NCBI RefSeq assembly: GCF_009914755.1
Contig: NC_060930.1
Strand: one strand, 5' to 3'
Origin: the human T2T-CHM13v2.0 reference genome, Homo sapiens
Length of the DNA stretch: 64,000 nt
Shown: in pieces, positions 1 through 13,560 of the stretch
Numbering within the stretch: the first letter of the stretch is position 1
Layout of the letters: every line of letters begins with the position of its first letter
Notes under the pieces: model-generated
The model's input: the letters and a program-made list of their open reading frames with translations, nothing else
Told to the model about the DNA's origin: nothing
Databases searched by the model: none
Made by a program: the position numbers and the translations under genes

Positions 1-99
1 CTCTAGTTTCCTCGGGGTTCCCCTCAGTCACTCCAGACTGAACTGGTGCCACCGATGCTCACTATCCAGCCCTCCAACACACTAAACAGGAGGATGCTA

Positions 100-950
100 A
101 GGACATTTACATGAATAGTAAACAGACATAAGGATAATCTATTAATGAAGAGCAGACCTAAAATCACTCAAGGATAAATACATTTAAAAAAAAATCAGCA
201 AATGACTCCTCAACACATAAGACAAAAAGAAGAAAAAAAAAAACCAAAAATATCCAAAGCGTTAGTATTATACTAGAATACAGAGGATAGAAGCGAATTT
301 GGGATGTCGTGTGAGACGGAAGATATGCAAAATGAATATAAAGAAAGCATCTGTTTTGCACTCTCAAGATAATTAAAGAATTAACAATGAGAGATTATCA
401 ACAGTATAATAAGACAGATTGAAATGAAGAAGAAACACCCAAAATACAGAAGTAACCTTTAATTTTAAAAGAGTCATTATGAATTTAAGCAGAACAAGAA
501 ACAGTAGAGAAGTTCAAGTCAATGACAAAGAGAATAAATCTGAGAGGTTCTAGAATGTGTAGTAAAAGAACCAGGAAAGGAGAAAGACATGGGTATTTCT
601 AGTGACCTTGAAGAGAATGAAATAAATGTGAAAGAACCCCATGCACCAAGAAACAAGTGGCATAATACCCTGAACTAAAAAGGACTTTTAAAACAATTGA
701 GAAAGCTCACCACATACTAGGTTAAATTACTCAAAATTAAAGCATCTACATGACCTAGTGAAAGTAACAAATTCAAAGAGCAAATGAGACACTTATAAAT
801 ACATTCAGAAATGAAAAAGGCAACATTTACTAAGAAAAAGAATCAGAATGGTCTCAGATTTCTCCTTGAAAACATTAAATACAAGAGTGTGATGAAAAAT
901 ACTGGAGCATTTTGGGGGTAAAGTCTATACCCACAAATTCTAGACCTGGC
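100..950 (+). mobile_element. Ancient L1 ORF1-like (L1M/HAL1-type) fragment
   Basis: A-rich decayed sequence; 'agaatcagaatggtctcagatttctcc' resembles the RIRMxSDFS motif of ORF1p. Boundaries approximate. Confidence 0.55.
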
Positions 951-1179
951 TGGAATTTGGCATTTTCTAGCAACTCAGCATCCAAATACTCTTCCTATTC
1001 TGACATTTTTATCTCCCTGTTCTTGTCAGAAATCTTTTTGACTTAGGAGCTGAAACCACTTAAAAAGAGTAATAGTAATAATAAAGTAAAGGATTAATAT
1101 TGTGGATTAGATGGGAACAAATGACCAACAGAGATCTGACTGACAGAGTATCCCTCAAATCCCCCCCAGCGGCATCATC

Positions 1180-1600
1180 TCCGACCAAGGCTCCTTCCTT
1201 CACTCACTCAGATCTAGCCAAGATGGCTGCCTTGCTATGCCTCCAGGGATGTGCCAAGCATATTCCTGTCTCAGGGCCTTTGCACTTCCTGTACCATCTG
1301 CATGGAAAGCTCCTACCCGGTTCTCAGCATGGTTCACTCCTTCACTTCCCTTAGGTTTTTCCTCAAATGTGTTCCCAGTGAGCCTTGCCTGGTCCCACAT
1401 CATTTACCCTGCCTCTCGCTTTTCTGTCTCCACAGCACTCATTACCACTGAGCACGGTGCCTGTGTTATTTATTTTTACTGACTCTACCACACACTATGT
1501 AAATGCCATGAGCGCAGGGATTTCTGTCTAGTTTGTCCTCGAGATATCTCAAGAGCCTAGATGAATTGGGACTCACCTAATATTTGTTGACTGAATGACA
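1180..1600 (+). mobile_element. L2 LINE 3' fragment
   Basis: 'tcagggcctttgcacttcctgt' and a terminal 'tatttgttgactgaatga' typical of the L2 3' end. Confidence 0.75.
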
Positions 1601-1919
1601 ATGACTGATTAGAAAAATACAGTAGGTTAAGATACAGTAGTTTCAAAAGTGCATTTGACACAATCTCACATTATTCTCATAGGTGACATTTCCACACTCA
1701 GCATTTCCTAGATGATAATTATTGTAAAGGGGGCACAGGAAAGCAGCTTGGAAAAAACATCAAATTTGAGACTTCGAAACATAGAGAAATAAATAATATG
1801 TTAGATAACAGAAATAAAACTGAGACTCATCTCAATAAGCTGAGATGGATCAAAAGATGGAATGAAGGTGAAATAAAGGTACAGTCCTGCAGCTAAAATT
1901 CTAAAACAAAATCTGCTGA

Positions 1920-3855
1920 CAAACTTTTTGGTCTCCTCTGACTTCACTGATTTCTCCTTCTTTCTCTCCTCTGCTGACTTTCCACATCTTCTCCACCACT
2001 CAACAAGTGGAGTGTCCAGTTTAGTGCTTGGGTCTTGACTCTTTTCTCCACAGACAAGCTCTCTAAGAAGTGTCACCTACTCCCACGGCCTTAAACATCA
2101 TTTATACACCACGAACTCCCAAATGCATATCTCTACCTACGAACTTTTCTTTTAATTTGACCATATATGCACTTGCTTTCTAAAAATCTCCAATTCCGTA
2201 TCTGATTCCTTAAACTTACTAATTTTCCAATCTCAATCAACCCCATTCCTCCTATAGTTTTCTGCATAACAGTAAGGAGAAATTTTATTCTATCAAGTGC
2301 TCAGATCAAAAAAGTTGGGAGTCATTACTGATTCCTCTCTTCTCACCCACCATATACAACTACAAACCAAAAATAAAACAGTACATTCCCCAACTGACTG
2401 AAAGACTGTCCTCTTAGCCAAGGGCATTCCAAAGTAGACCTGAAAATCTAGTTCAGGCAATGATGGGGGGGAGGGGGTTGGACATGTCTCATTACAACCT
2501 TCTCCCTTTGAAATTCAGGCACAGCTGACCAGCATTAACACTAAAAAAGGTTTTAAGACTGATGAAACAGACTTTTTGTAGCTATAAGACATCAAACTCC
2601 AGCCTGACTCTAGTATAGCAGCATCACATGACGGCAGGCCCTGAAAGAAATTGAAGTATTTTACCCCAAATATATTTCTTTGACATATGTTGAAATGGCC
2701 CTGCAAAGCTGTCTCCTGGGGAAAATCTACATTCTGTAGAGAAACCCTTTCCCTTTCCAGGTCTTTTCTCTGATCCAGGAGAGTCTAAGATTCTGGTAGC
2801 TGTCTGGTCTGATAAGAGCTCTGAAACCTGCTACTTGGGGGCTTCATTTGCATGATAAAAGCTTGGGCTCCAAAACCCTTACCTTAAGCCAGACATTCCT
2901 TTCTATTGATTCCAGGTCTTTGATAATAACTCTTTCAACTAATTGCCCATCAGAAAATTTTTGAATCCGACTATGACCTGGATGCTACCTGGCCCCCATG
3001 CTTCCAGCTGTCCTACCTTTCCAGACCAAACCAAGGGACATGTACTGAATGATATCTTATGTCTCCCTAAAATGTATAAAACCAAGCTGTAGCCCAACTA
3101 TTCTGGACACACCTCAGAACCTCCTGAGGTTGTCATAGGCATGTCCTTAACCTTGTCAAAATCAGCTTCTAAGTAGACTGTAACAGGTCTTGGATACTTT
3201 TTGGTTTACCCTCCCATAAACAAAGCCTGTCTGCTCTTTCTTCTTCTACACCCAACCTCTGATCCTAGTTCACCATTACAACCCTAATCCTAGCCATCAT
3301 CCTCCCCTGCCTACACTCCTAGACTACCACTGGGTCTACCTGTTTCCACTCTTACTGTGTATACTCTCAATTCGACAGCTAGAAGACCTAAATACCCCCA
3401 ATTCCATTCCAACCTTATTTCTTACTGGTCTCCGCATGACTCACTCTGCACCTGTCACAATGGCCTACCTCAGGGCCTCTGCAGTTCCTGTCTCCTCCTT
3501 CTGCTGATTCTCTCATTCCCTTCAGATTCCCGCTCAAATTTCACTTATGAAATTAACCTCTCCTGACCACTGCATATGTGCAATAAGCCAATAAGCACCC
3601 TCTGAACCACCATCACTCTGAAGCCCCTTATTCTGCTTTATTCTTCCATGTATTCATCATAGTATTTATCACTGCCTGATAGATGTACACAAACACACAT
3701 ATACACATCCATAAATTTTCTGAACTGTTTCCACAACTCCCCTCTATACTATGAGAACCTGAATACTGTCGATTTTGCTCACCATTGTATCCACAGCACC
3801 TTAGAACAATGCCTAAAACAGAAATGCTAAAAAAATATTGGTCATTGAATGATAG
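1920..3855 (+). mobile_element. L2 LINE fragment interrupted by an LTR at 2361-3210
   Basis: Decayed RT-region motifs (GVPQGSVLGP-like 'ggagtgtccagtttagtgcttgggtc'; HLYADD-like 'catttatacaccacgaactccc') and L2 3' end 'cagcaccttagaacaatgcct...aaatattg...gaatga'. Confidence 0.7.
2361..3210 (+). mobile_element. ERV1 solo LTR, MER4 group (MER4D/E-like)
   Basis: Begins 'tacaaaccaaaaataaaa' and ends 'tttttggtttacc', matching the TGTAAACCAAAAA...TTTTTGGTTTACA termini of MER4-group LTRs; ~850 bp. Confidence 0.8.
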
Positions 3856-4367
3856 GTAAGAAGACAGGGAAACAAAGAGAGGAAAGGAAAATAGAGAAAA
3901 GGGAAGGGGAAGAGACATAAAACCTACAGGTCTGACTTCATGAAAAAATAATGATAGTTTACTCAAAGCTCAATAACCAGAAATGGAATGTAGCTTCTTT
4001 AAAAAACTAATTCTCCATTAAAACCGTACTGACAGATACATAGGTTTCAAACTAAGACAGGTATCTGTCCCACCTCATTTTACCAGGGTCAAGACGCAAT
4101 TAGTCTGTAGTGTTAAGGCTGCAATGTTTTAAAGATATATTAATAATATATAGTTTGTCCAAAGACTGTCAACCCACATCTTAAGGAGGCATATGGAAAA
4201 TAAAGTTTAGAAACTAAGATGTTTTACTAGAAAAGACATAACATAATCCCTATACTCAAAGGGTTTGGATACGAAATAAAAGTCAAAACAAATACTGGAG
4301 AATGGCCATTTTGGGAGGCTGCTTGGTTCTAAATGAGAAAGTACTTCATCATAATTAGAACTGCCTA

Positions 4368-4709
4368 GGCTGGGCTCAGTGGCTCAAACCTGTAATCCCA
4401 GCACCTTGGGAGGCTGAGGTAGGAAGATCACTTGAGCCCAGGAGTTCAACACTAGCTTGGGCAACATGGAAAAATCCCATCTCTATTTAAAAAAAAAATT
4501 AGCTGGGCATGGTGGCACAGGCCTGTAGTCCCAGCTATTTAGGAGGCTGAGGTGGGAGGATCATCTGAACTCGGGCAGTCAAGGCTGAAGTGAGCTGACT
4601 GTACCACTGTACTTCAGCCTGGGTGATGAACTGAGGCTTTGCCTCAATTAAAAAAAAAAAGTATATGAGAAAGAGAAAGGGGAAAGAAAAAACAAAACCA
4701 AAACAAAAC
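4368..4709 (+). mobile_element. AluJ-type SINE with extended degenerate A-rich tail
   Basis: Dimeric Alu; target-site duplication AGAACTGCCT at 4357-4366 and 4710-4719. Confidence 0.92.
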
Positions 4710-5773
4710 AGAACTGCCTGAGAGTGTAACCAGCACCTTTAGTGGAACTAAAGAGCATGCCTTCTGTCAGGGATGTGTTAGAGCAGAAGCCCTCTGGCCA
4801 GTCACCACCTACCAAAAGGTTGCCCGAGGAATTTCTAAATCTGAATCTTTATTGAAAATAGTGGCATACTATTTCATAAGGAAACTCTGAGTATTAGTCA
4901 AATAAGCATTGATCAAGATACGGGGTACGTTTTTTCAAAAAAACGTTATAGAGATCTTGGCAACTGATACCATTTCTAGGTTATCAGCTCATACCTTTAG
5001 TATTTCTCAGAGATGCGCTTTTCTCCAAATTTGGCATAATGTAAGAGAATCTTATGAATAATAGCGAAGAAAAATCACTACATAAAGTTTCATCATTTTT
5101 TCTAATGGCCTTATAAAACAGTATGTGGTATTGTCAATGACACTGTCTGAACACATGGCAGCTTTGCCAATATCAACACTGTAATATTTTATGACTCTGC
5201 CAAAGTTCACTTTTCAGAGTCCCCATCTTATCCTCAAGCATCACTTTTCAGCATTTTCTGCTGCTCCTAGCAGCTGCCAAAATTCTAGGTCCACCCCTCT
5301 GTCACTTCCTGGTACCTTTTAAGCGTCCAGACCAAGGAACTCTTCAATTGTGAGTTCCACAAATGTGACATTAATAGCGAAGGCACCCAGTGAAACCCTG
5401 AGACTCACAGAGACCTCAAGAGAATCCTACATTGCTATGGACACAAGGAATTCTTCCCTCCCCTATCTCCACACCCCCAACCCCCAGCGCTGGCCCAGGT
5501 CATTTTAGAGATTTCTTTCTTCAGATGATCAAAAATAAAGGAATATATCTGCATATGTGATTCTATTAAGTTTTTCAATTTATGTCTTACAATAAAAACT
5601 GATCTCTAAGGTTGCATTAAGTTCCATTCAAACTGATTATTTTCAATATTTCATCCACACTTAAGATCTTTATCTGTGTAATACAGAAAAAACTAAGACA
5701 CTTTTTTCCAAATGTAATTAATCACTTATAATTTTATAGCATAACCAGTATACTAAATGCTTTCAGTACTCAC

Positions 5774-5833
5774 CTGCCATAGTTTTTAAGCTTGCTAAGA
5801 CTCTTAAAGTTAACTAGGCCATGAAAACAGTAC
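5774..5833 (-). other. Weak candidate 60-nt exon
   Basis: Consensus donor CAG|GTGAGT, weak acceptor TATTAAAG|; an open frame gives YCFHGLVNFKSLSKLKNYG. Confidence 0.25.
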
Positions 5834-5926
5834 CTTTAATATTTATAAAATTTCTAAGCAATATCTTGCTTTCAACACGAGTTGTCATCTTTTGTTCTCC
5901 CAAAAAGAAAGTGCATGAACTCAAAG

Positions 5927-6222
5927 GCAGAGGTTGGGCAGGTAGCGGACATGAGTAAAGCCAGCTACATGGAGGACTGGGGCTGCCTGGAGAGCATCAT
6001 GCAGCTGAAGGCAGCTTCCGCTTCCCACCCTGGGAAGACTGCTGCCCTGTGAGAGTTATCTTACCTTCTGGTTCAAGGGAAGCCAGAAATCCAATCTTTA
6101 CATACAGTGTCTCAATTTCTAAATGTTGGCAACTGACTCAGAAAACCCCATAGGCACGTGCAGCCGAACAAAATGCATCTGTGTGCCGTACTCAGTCTTG
6201 AGGCCTTCAATTTGCACCCTCT
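5927..6222. mobile_element. MER102-like hAT-Charlie non-autonomous DNA transposon
   Basis: 'gaagccagaaatcc...taaatgttggcaact...caaaatgcatctgtgtgccg...tttgcaccctct' matches recalled MER102 motifs. Confidence 0.65.
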
Positions 6223-6382
6223 CTACTGACTTTATTCCATATTAATGAGTGATACTTTGGAGAGGAAACTCAGTTTTTGCCATAATCTTTCTGATACTTT
6301 AATGTGTTAGAGTACTGAGAGATAAACAAAACAGATTCATTTCCTATACTGCAGTAGTAGAAATAATATTCACATCACTTAC

Positions 6383-6411
6383 CCTGCTGACTTCCTTAGG
6401 AGCTGATTCAT
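6383..6411 (-). other. Candidate 29-nt internal microexon of an unidentified minus-strand host gene
   Basis: Minus strand reads CGCTAAT (branch point), TGTGTTTTTCCCTCTTCCTTCTCTATCCCCAG|ATGAATCAGCTCCTAAGGAAGTCAGCAGG|GTAAGT. Open frames encode MNQLLRKSAG or (D/N/H/Y)ESAPKEVSR. Confidence 0.65.
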
Positions 6412-6841
6412 CTGGGGATAGAGAAGGAAGAGGGAAAAACACAATTAGCGACTGAGTAGGTTTTAAAATACAAAACATGTCATTTGCTTTCAATAAACTT
6501 GAAGGGTTTTTTTGCAATGCTTCCTCTTACGAAATCTATGAATTTGATTTTTTAAACTGTAAAGGTTGAACATAACATATTACGAGTTAAGAAGTATACA
6601 TTAATTTCACAGGGAAAATGAAATACCACCACCGCCTTACCTTTCTAGAGGTTCTAAAATGGATATGATATGCCTGCAAGAATAGCTACACTGGGGTATA
6701 TTCAACTACACATACCTAAAGTGGGGTTTATAACACTTCAATATTCTACACAATACAACCCACATGAATATCCCAAATGACCTTTAACACTCGTGCTTCG
6801 AAGGTTAGTTCCAGCAGACCTGGAGCTGGTGTGAGCTGTTC

Positions 6842-7340
6842 TGTTGAAATAAGAAATGTACCTGCATGGCACTCTGGTCAAGGCATGAAACATAGTCATT
6901 AATAATAGTGCTGCTTTGTTCCGTGTGTCTGAGGAGTTGTGGGGTTGTTTATACCAGCTTGTCAGCATTGGTGATTGGTAAAGTGAGACTGGGGTGGTTT
7001 GCACAGGGTCTAGGTGAGAATCCCTGGAAGGCTCTCCCACTGGGGCTGGCTACAGGCAAGAAGATGCCTGTGTGACCAACAGGGTATAAAACAAGCTGGC
7101 AGATACCTCCTCTTGGTCCACCAGTTCTGAGTGTTGCACACACAGGTCATTGATTCTGATCTGTGAGAAAGTGTGTGTCCCTAAGAGGAGGGGCCACTGG
7201 AGCTCAGCCTGGCATCAACAGGCTCCTTGCTGTCTTTTTCCTGTAATAAACTTCAGATCTGCAAGCACTATCATTTTGGTTCCTGTGTCTTCTTGAGCAA
7301 TCAAACCCTGTTGTCTGTCACCATCAGAATGAACTTAACA
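6842..7340 (+). mobile_element. Old solo LTR, probably ERVL class
   Basis: TG...CA ends, ~500 bp, TATAAAA near 7085 and AATAAA near 7245. No clear TSD; subfamily not resolved. Confidence 0.55.
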
Positions 7341-9257
7341 TACCAAAAATGGAATGTAGCTCAATGCTATAGGACAGCAGGTATTCAAATCAACAGTACC
7401 TAGTTTTTGTATTACTGTATTAATACACACTTGCTCATATATTTTCTTATCATTGTTGCATAATGGTTAGAGTACGGCCTCTGACTTCCCTAAGAATGTA
7501 ACACATGTAACAATTGTCATAGGGAAAATATCTTATCTTCTACATTGAAGTGGCACCATAGAAATATTTCATTTACTCTTCAACTCCTAATCCTCTCCTA
7601 AGCCTCTCTGAAGATGAGACTATTTAATCATTACAACAAATTTATTAACAGATTCTAAAGTTACAGAGGCATATGTGCTTTTAATTTTTTAAAGTTTTGA
7701 TCTAAAATATTTAATGAGAATGTTTGAAAAAGTCAAACAATTAAAAGGTATATAATTAAAAGGAGCAATGTGTGAACAGGTTTAATATCAAGACCGCATA
7801 GAGTCACCTAGCTATGACATTATGGAATTTTCTACCCTCTGCTAGTCACCACTACAGATCTGAAAATTAGTTCAAGGACAGTGTGAATGTCCAGACATCT
7901 GTAAATAAATGTTCCTTTGGCTTTTTCTCTTAGTCTTGCTTAGTTAGTACTTCTCAAACTTGAGTGTGCATAAGATAGCCTGTGACATGTGTTTATAAAA
8001 TCAATAATTTTTTGCTTTATGGGCAATTTAAAGTATTTGAAAGAAAAAAATTTACCTATGGCTGATTTCTGGCTTTTCCCCTTAGGAGCTGATTTAGAAA
8101 ATCAATGTCTCCAACTTAACACTCAATTTTAGTTAAATCAATGTTAAGTCTAGTATATTTAAGAACTATAGTATTCTACTTAACTGAGAAAATTAAGGAA
8201 CACAGTGGGATTTCCTGTGTAAGGGAACATTGCCTCCTATTTCTTATAGTTGGAATTTTCATTTAGTTGAACTCTCTTGCCCAAGAAAAATTTAAGCATG
8301 TTGAAGACAGAAACTTTACTTTCTCTTCTAGAGTAGAGTTGCACTGTGGGAACACATATGATAGACAGTGGCTTAGAGCAGGAGGCCGGAACTGGGCCAC
8401 ACAGCAGGAGGTGAGCGGCGGCAAGCGGGCGAAGCTTCATCCGTATTCACAACTGCTCTCTGTCACTGCGTTACTGCCTGAGCTCCGCCTCCTGTCAGGT
8501 CAGCAGTGGCATTAGATTCTCATAGAGCGCAAACCCTACTGCGAACTGCACTTGCTTGCTTGGGATCTAGGCTGTGTGCTCCTTATGAGAATCTAGTGCC
8601 CGATGATCTGAGATGGAGCTGAGGTGGTGATGCTAGCGCTGGGGAGTGGCTGCAAATACAGATTAACATTAGCAGAGAGGTTTGACAGCACAGAGACCAC
8701 AGGAAATTAACTGCTTGCACACTCATATCAAAACTCTATCAGTGAGGGGCAAGTGACAAGCTGCATCTGGCTGGTGGCAGGCTTTACAGTGGCAAGTGAG
8801 CTGAGTGCTTCAATTGCACAGCTGCATCTGGTGGCAGCTTTAACTCAGAATCTGACACTTATTTAGTCCACGTGTGACTTGCCTATTATTTTATTTACCA
8901 CTTCCATCTGCACCTCTTTCCCACACTATGCACTTGTCTCAGTCACAGTTTTGGGAAGCCCACAAGCCAACCCTAGCCAAGATGAGTAAAAGACAAACAT
9001 CACTGTAGAGCTTCTTTGAAAAGGGGGAAGACCTCATCATGAGAAAGCAGAAGACTCCAAGACTGCCAATGAAAAGAAAGCTGCATTTAATAGAAAATAA
9101 CAAGTCCTACTTAAATTATGGGTTCATTGCAACAGGTGATGCACATTCTTCAAGTCCACTGTGTATATGTGGTGACCAGCTATCCAAGGAAGCCATGAAA
9201 CCTTCAAAACTGCATTACCACACGGAGACCAAGCACCCTGCATTAAAAGACAAGCCT

Positions 9258-9645
<388 letters not shown>

Positions 9646-9654
9646 CTACACTGA

Positions 9655-9961
<307 letters not shown>

Positions 9962-11656
9962 GAGAGCATCACTCTTAGTGGCTAACTGCGTTGCTGAAGC
10001 TAACAGGCCCTTTACTGTTGGTGAAGAGTTGATCCTGCCTGCTGCTAAGGACATTTGTTGTCAACTTTTAGGAGAGGCTGCAGTTCGAAAGGTGGCAGGT
10101 GTTCCTCTTTCGGCTAGCAACGTAACTAGAGGAATTAATGAAATAGCAGAGGATACTGAGACACAACTGTAAAAGGGGATTAATGAATCACCAATGGCAC
10201 ACAATCCAGGTTGACGAGTCTATCAATGTTGACAGCAAGGCAACAATGCTTGTTAATGTGTGATATATTTTTCGGGGGGATGTGCATGAGGATATGTTAT
10301 GTGCACTTTTGTTGCCAACGAACACCACAGCTGCAGAACTATTCTAGTCTGTGAATGATTACATATCAGAAAAACTAAATTGGTCATTTTGTGTTGGTAT
10401 ACACATGGACAGAGCAGCTGCCACGACTGGATGGCTTTCTGGTTTCACTACTCAGGTCAAACAGGTCGCTTCTGTATATAAGTACTACATACTAAACAAT
10501 TGTGTGGCTGGAGCTCCTTAGGTCGCTTCTGAATGTGAGTCTGTGCACTGTGTCATCCATAGAGAAAGGCTGGCGAGCTGAAAAATGTCACGTGAACAAC
10601 GTTCAGCAGAATGTGATTAAAAGTATCAACCACATTAAAGTACGTGCCCTTAACTCACGTCTGTTCGCACAGCTCTGTGAGGAGATGGACGCAGAGCACA
10701 CACATCTCATACACGGAAGTGAGATGCTTTCTAAAGGTAGATTGCTGGCCAGAGTTTTGGAAACCACCCCAGAGATGTCTTTTAGAAAAAAAGTCACCAT
10801 TGGCAGCACATTTCAGTGACATAGAATGGGCTGCAAAACTTGCTTACTTGTGTGACCTATTTAACCTGTTCAATGAAATCAATCTGTCACTTCAGGGGAG
10901 AATGACAGCTGTGTTCAAGTCGGCAGATAAAGCAGCTGCATTCAAAGCCAAAGTGGAATTACGAGGGTGACGAGTGAACACTGGGATTTCTGACATGTTT
11001 CAAACATTAGCAGAGATTGTGAAAGAGATGGAGCCAGGGCCTTCTTTCCCACGGCTGACACGTGATCACCTACCCAATACTACCAACCACAAAAGAACCC
11101 CCAACTGGGAAGGAATGGATCCGCGACGCATTTGTGAATAAGCCCGGTAAACTGACTCTCTGTGCTAGAAGAGGATCAACTGCTTGAGATGGCAAATGAC
11201 AGTGGCTTTAAAAATATGTTTGAGACAACTTCAAATCTCCATATGTTCTGGATGAAAGTCCAGGTAGAATATCCTGAGGTTGCCACAAAAGCACTGAAAA
11301 GCCTGCTTCCGTGTCCAACAACCTGTCTTTGTGAAGCAGGGTTTTCTGCAGTGACAGCGACTAAAATGAGATTACAGAGTAGCCTGGACATAAGTGACAC
11401 ACTTCAGGTGTCACTGTCTCCCGTCACCCCAGACGGGACTGTCTAGTTGCAGGGAAAAAAGCTCAGGGCTTCCACTAATTCTACATCATGGTGAGTTGTA
11501 CCATTATTTCATTATATATTACAACATAATAATAATACAAATAACACAATAAATGTAACATGCTTGAATCATCCTGAAACCACTCCTCCGACCAGTCTGT
11601 GAAACATCTGTCTTCCACAAAACTGGTCCCTGGTGCCAAAAGGTTGGGAACCGCTG

Positions 11657-11770
11657 GTTTAGAGCATGGACTAAGGTTTGAAGCCCAAACCTGCAGTCAC
11701 TAGTGATATTACATTGGGCAAGGTGCCTAACTTCTGCCACCTTACAAGTTCAAAGTGAAATAAGTTAACA
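11657..11770 (+). mobile_element. MIR fragment (host of the Charlie3 insertion)
   Basis: 'agagcatggact...ttgggcaaggtgcctaacttct' MIR core-like; its 5' part 'acagtggcttagag' lies just before 8379. Confidence 0.5.
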
Positions 11771-13560
11771 ATATAAATTGTTACTGAAAAAGAGTGTCCC
11801 TCCCCCAGCACAAAGACCATTTTCAAGGTAACACAGAGAGAATACTGCCCCCTCCCACTGATGCAGTTCATGATTCCTTGCAGATCTTACAGGAATTTCA
11901 GGTTAAGAACACATGGTGTAGAATGTTCCCTTTTCCCTGCACACTTGCAGCACACACTCAGCGGTGAAGTACCAGAACAGCATTTCACTCAGATCAGCAA
12001 TGAAGCTCTCTTTGAAATAAAAAGTTAGAGGAACATGGAAAAGAAGAAAATTGCCAGGAATACCAAATTTTGAGGCACTGATGAGGAACAAATTGGCAAA
12101 AAAAAAAAAAAAAAAAAAAAAAGTTCCAGAGGACATTAATTTTTATGCAGCATAGGATTTTTATAAACATGTGTTTTTATTCAACAAATATTTACTGAGG
12201 AACCACTGTGTGCCAGGAACTTATCTCTGACCTCAATAAACTTGCATACCAGTGGGATGAATAAATTAGGAAACAAATAGATGAAATAATTTCAGAAAAT
12301 AAATGTCTATGCTTGTTAAAGAGAAATTTAGTTTTTAGAGAAAGATAAAGCATCTTTGATCCAAACCTCATTTTAATACCTTTTAAAAGCCTTAGCAAGG
12401 ATAGTTTATGGGAAAAATAAATGCGCTAAGGGGATTTTATAGTAAGCACAGCGTTCACAGCAAGTACTTAATAGGATAGCCTTCAAGGGAAGAAATTAAT
12501 TTTAAATACTTTATAAATCAAAATCTGGGAAAATGGTGGATAGGAGGCAGGCCTAACTTGCAGCTCCCACTCGGTGGACAGAGCAGCCTGTGTAAAGCCA
12601 CATCGTGAACTTTTGCTCCAAGAACTACCAAAGGAACATCCCAGGCAAGCCTAGAGAATCCACAGACCCTTTGTAGGAGGTGGATTGCAGCTGCAGGCTC
12701 CATGAGACAGCCGAGGAACTGTGGGTTCACTTGCTTTCTCAGATGGAGGCTTGTACCCTGGGGCAAGTTCTCAGCCCTGCTCACCACCTGTCTGGAAATA
12801 AACTCAGTGTGTTGCGGGGCATGGTGGGTGTGAGCTGCAGGCTCCATGGGAGCTGGGTGAGGCCTGTGGCTGCCGGCTTTACCCCACTTTTCTGGTGACC
12901 TATATGTCACAGCAGAGGCCCCCTGGGAACGTAACTCCATTGGTCTAGGAACCACACTCCCATCCCGCACAGCAGTCACAGCAACCCCTGCCCAAGGGGA
13001 GTCTGAGATCAGACATGCCCAACCCTGCCTCCACCTGATGGTCTTTCTCTACCTGCCCTGGTAACCAAAGACAAAGCCCACCCTGCCCATCGCTGTAGAA
13101 ACCTGAATATTTACCCAAAGGCGACCCTAGGGCGAGCTTGTCTTCTCACTATACAACCTCAGCTGATGCACTCTTGACAGTGCCACCTCCTGGCTGGAGG
13201 ACAACCAACACAAAACCAGTGCACTAAACAAAAACACAACCAAGGACCCTCACAGAGTCCATTTCACTCCCTGCTACCTCCACTGGAGCAGGTGCTGGTA
13301 TCCACAGCTGAAAGACCTAAAGATGGATCACATCATGGGACTCTCTGCAGACACTCCCCAGAGACAAGTTGGAACCTGGTAGTTCTGCTGTGTGGTTACA
13401 TTCAGAAGATAAATAATAATTGTTGCAGTTCGACTCTCAGGAAGCCCCATTCCTAGGGGAAGGGGAAGAAAATCACATCAAGGGAGCACCCCATGGGATA
13501 AAAGAATCTGAACAGCAGCCCTTGAGTCCCAGACCTTCCCTCTGACAACAGTCTACCCAA

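Noticed and set aside
12518-12979. 153-aa antisense ORF in the L1 5'UTR (possible ORF0)
   Set aside because: ORF0 is described for younger L1PA 5'UTRs; this is an L1PB-type UTR and the ORF has a non-ATG start.
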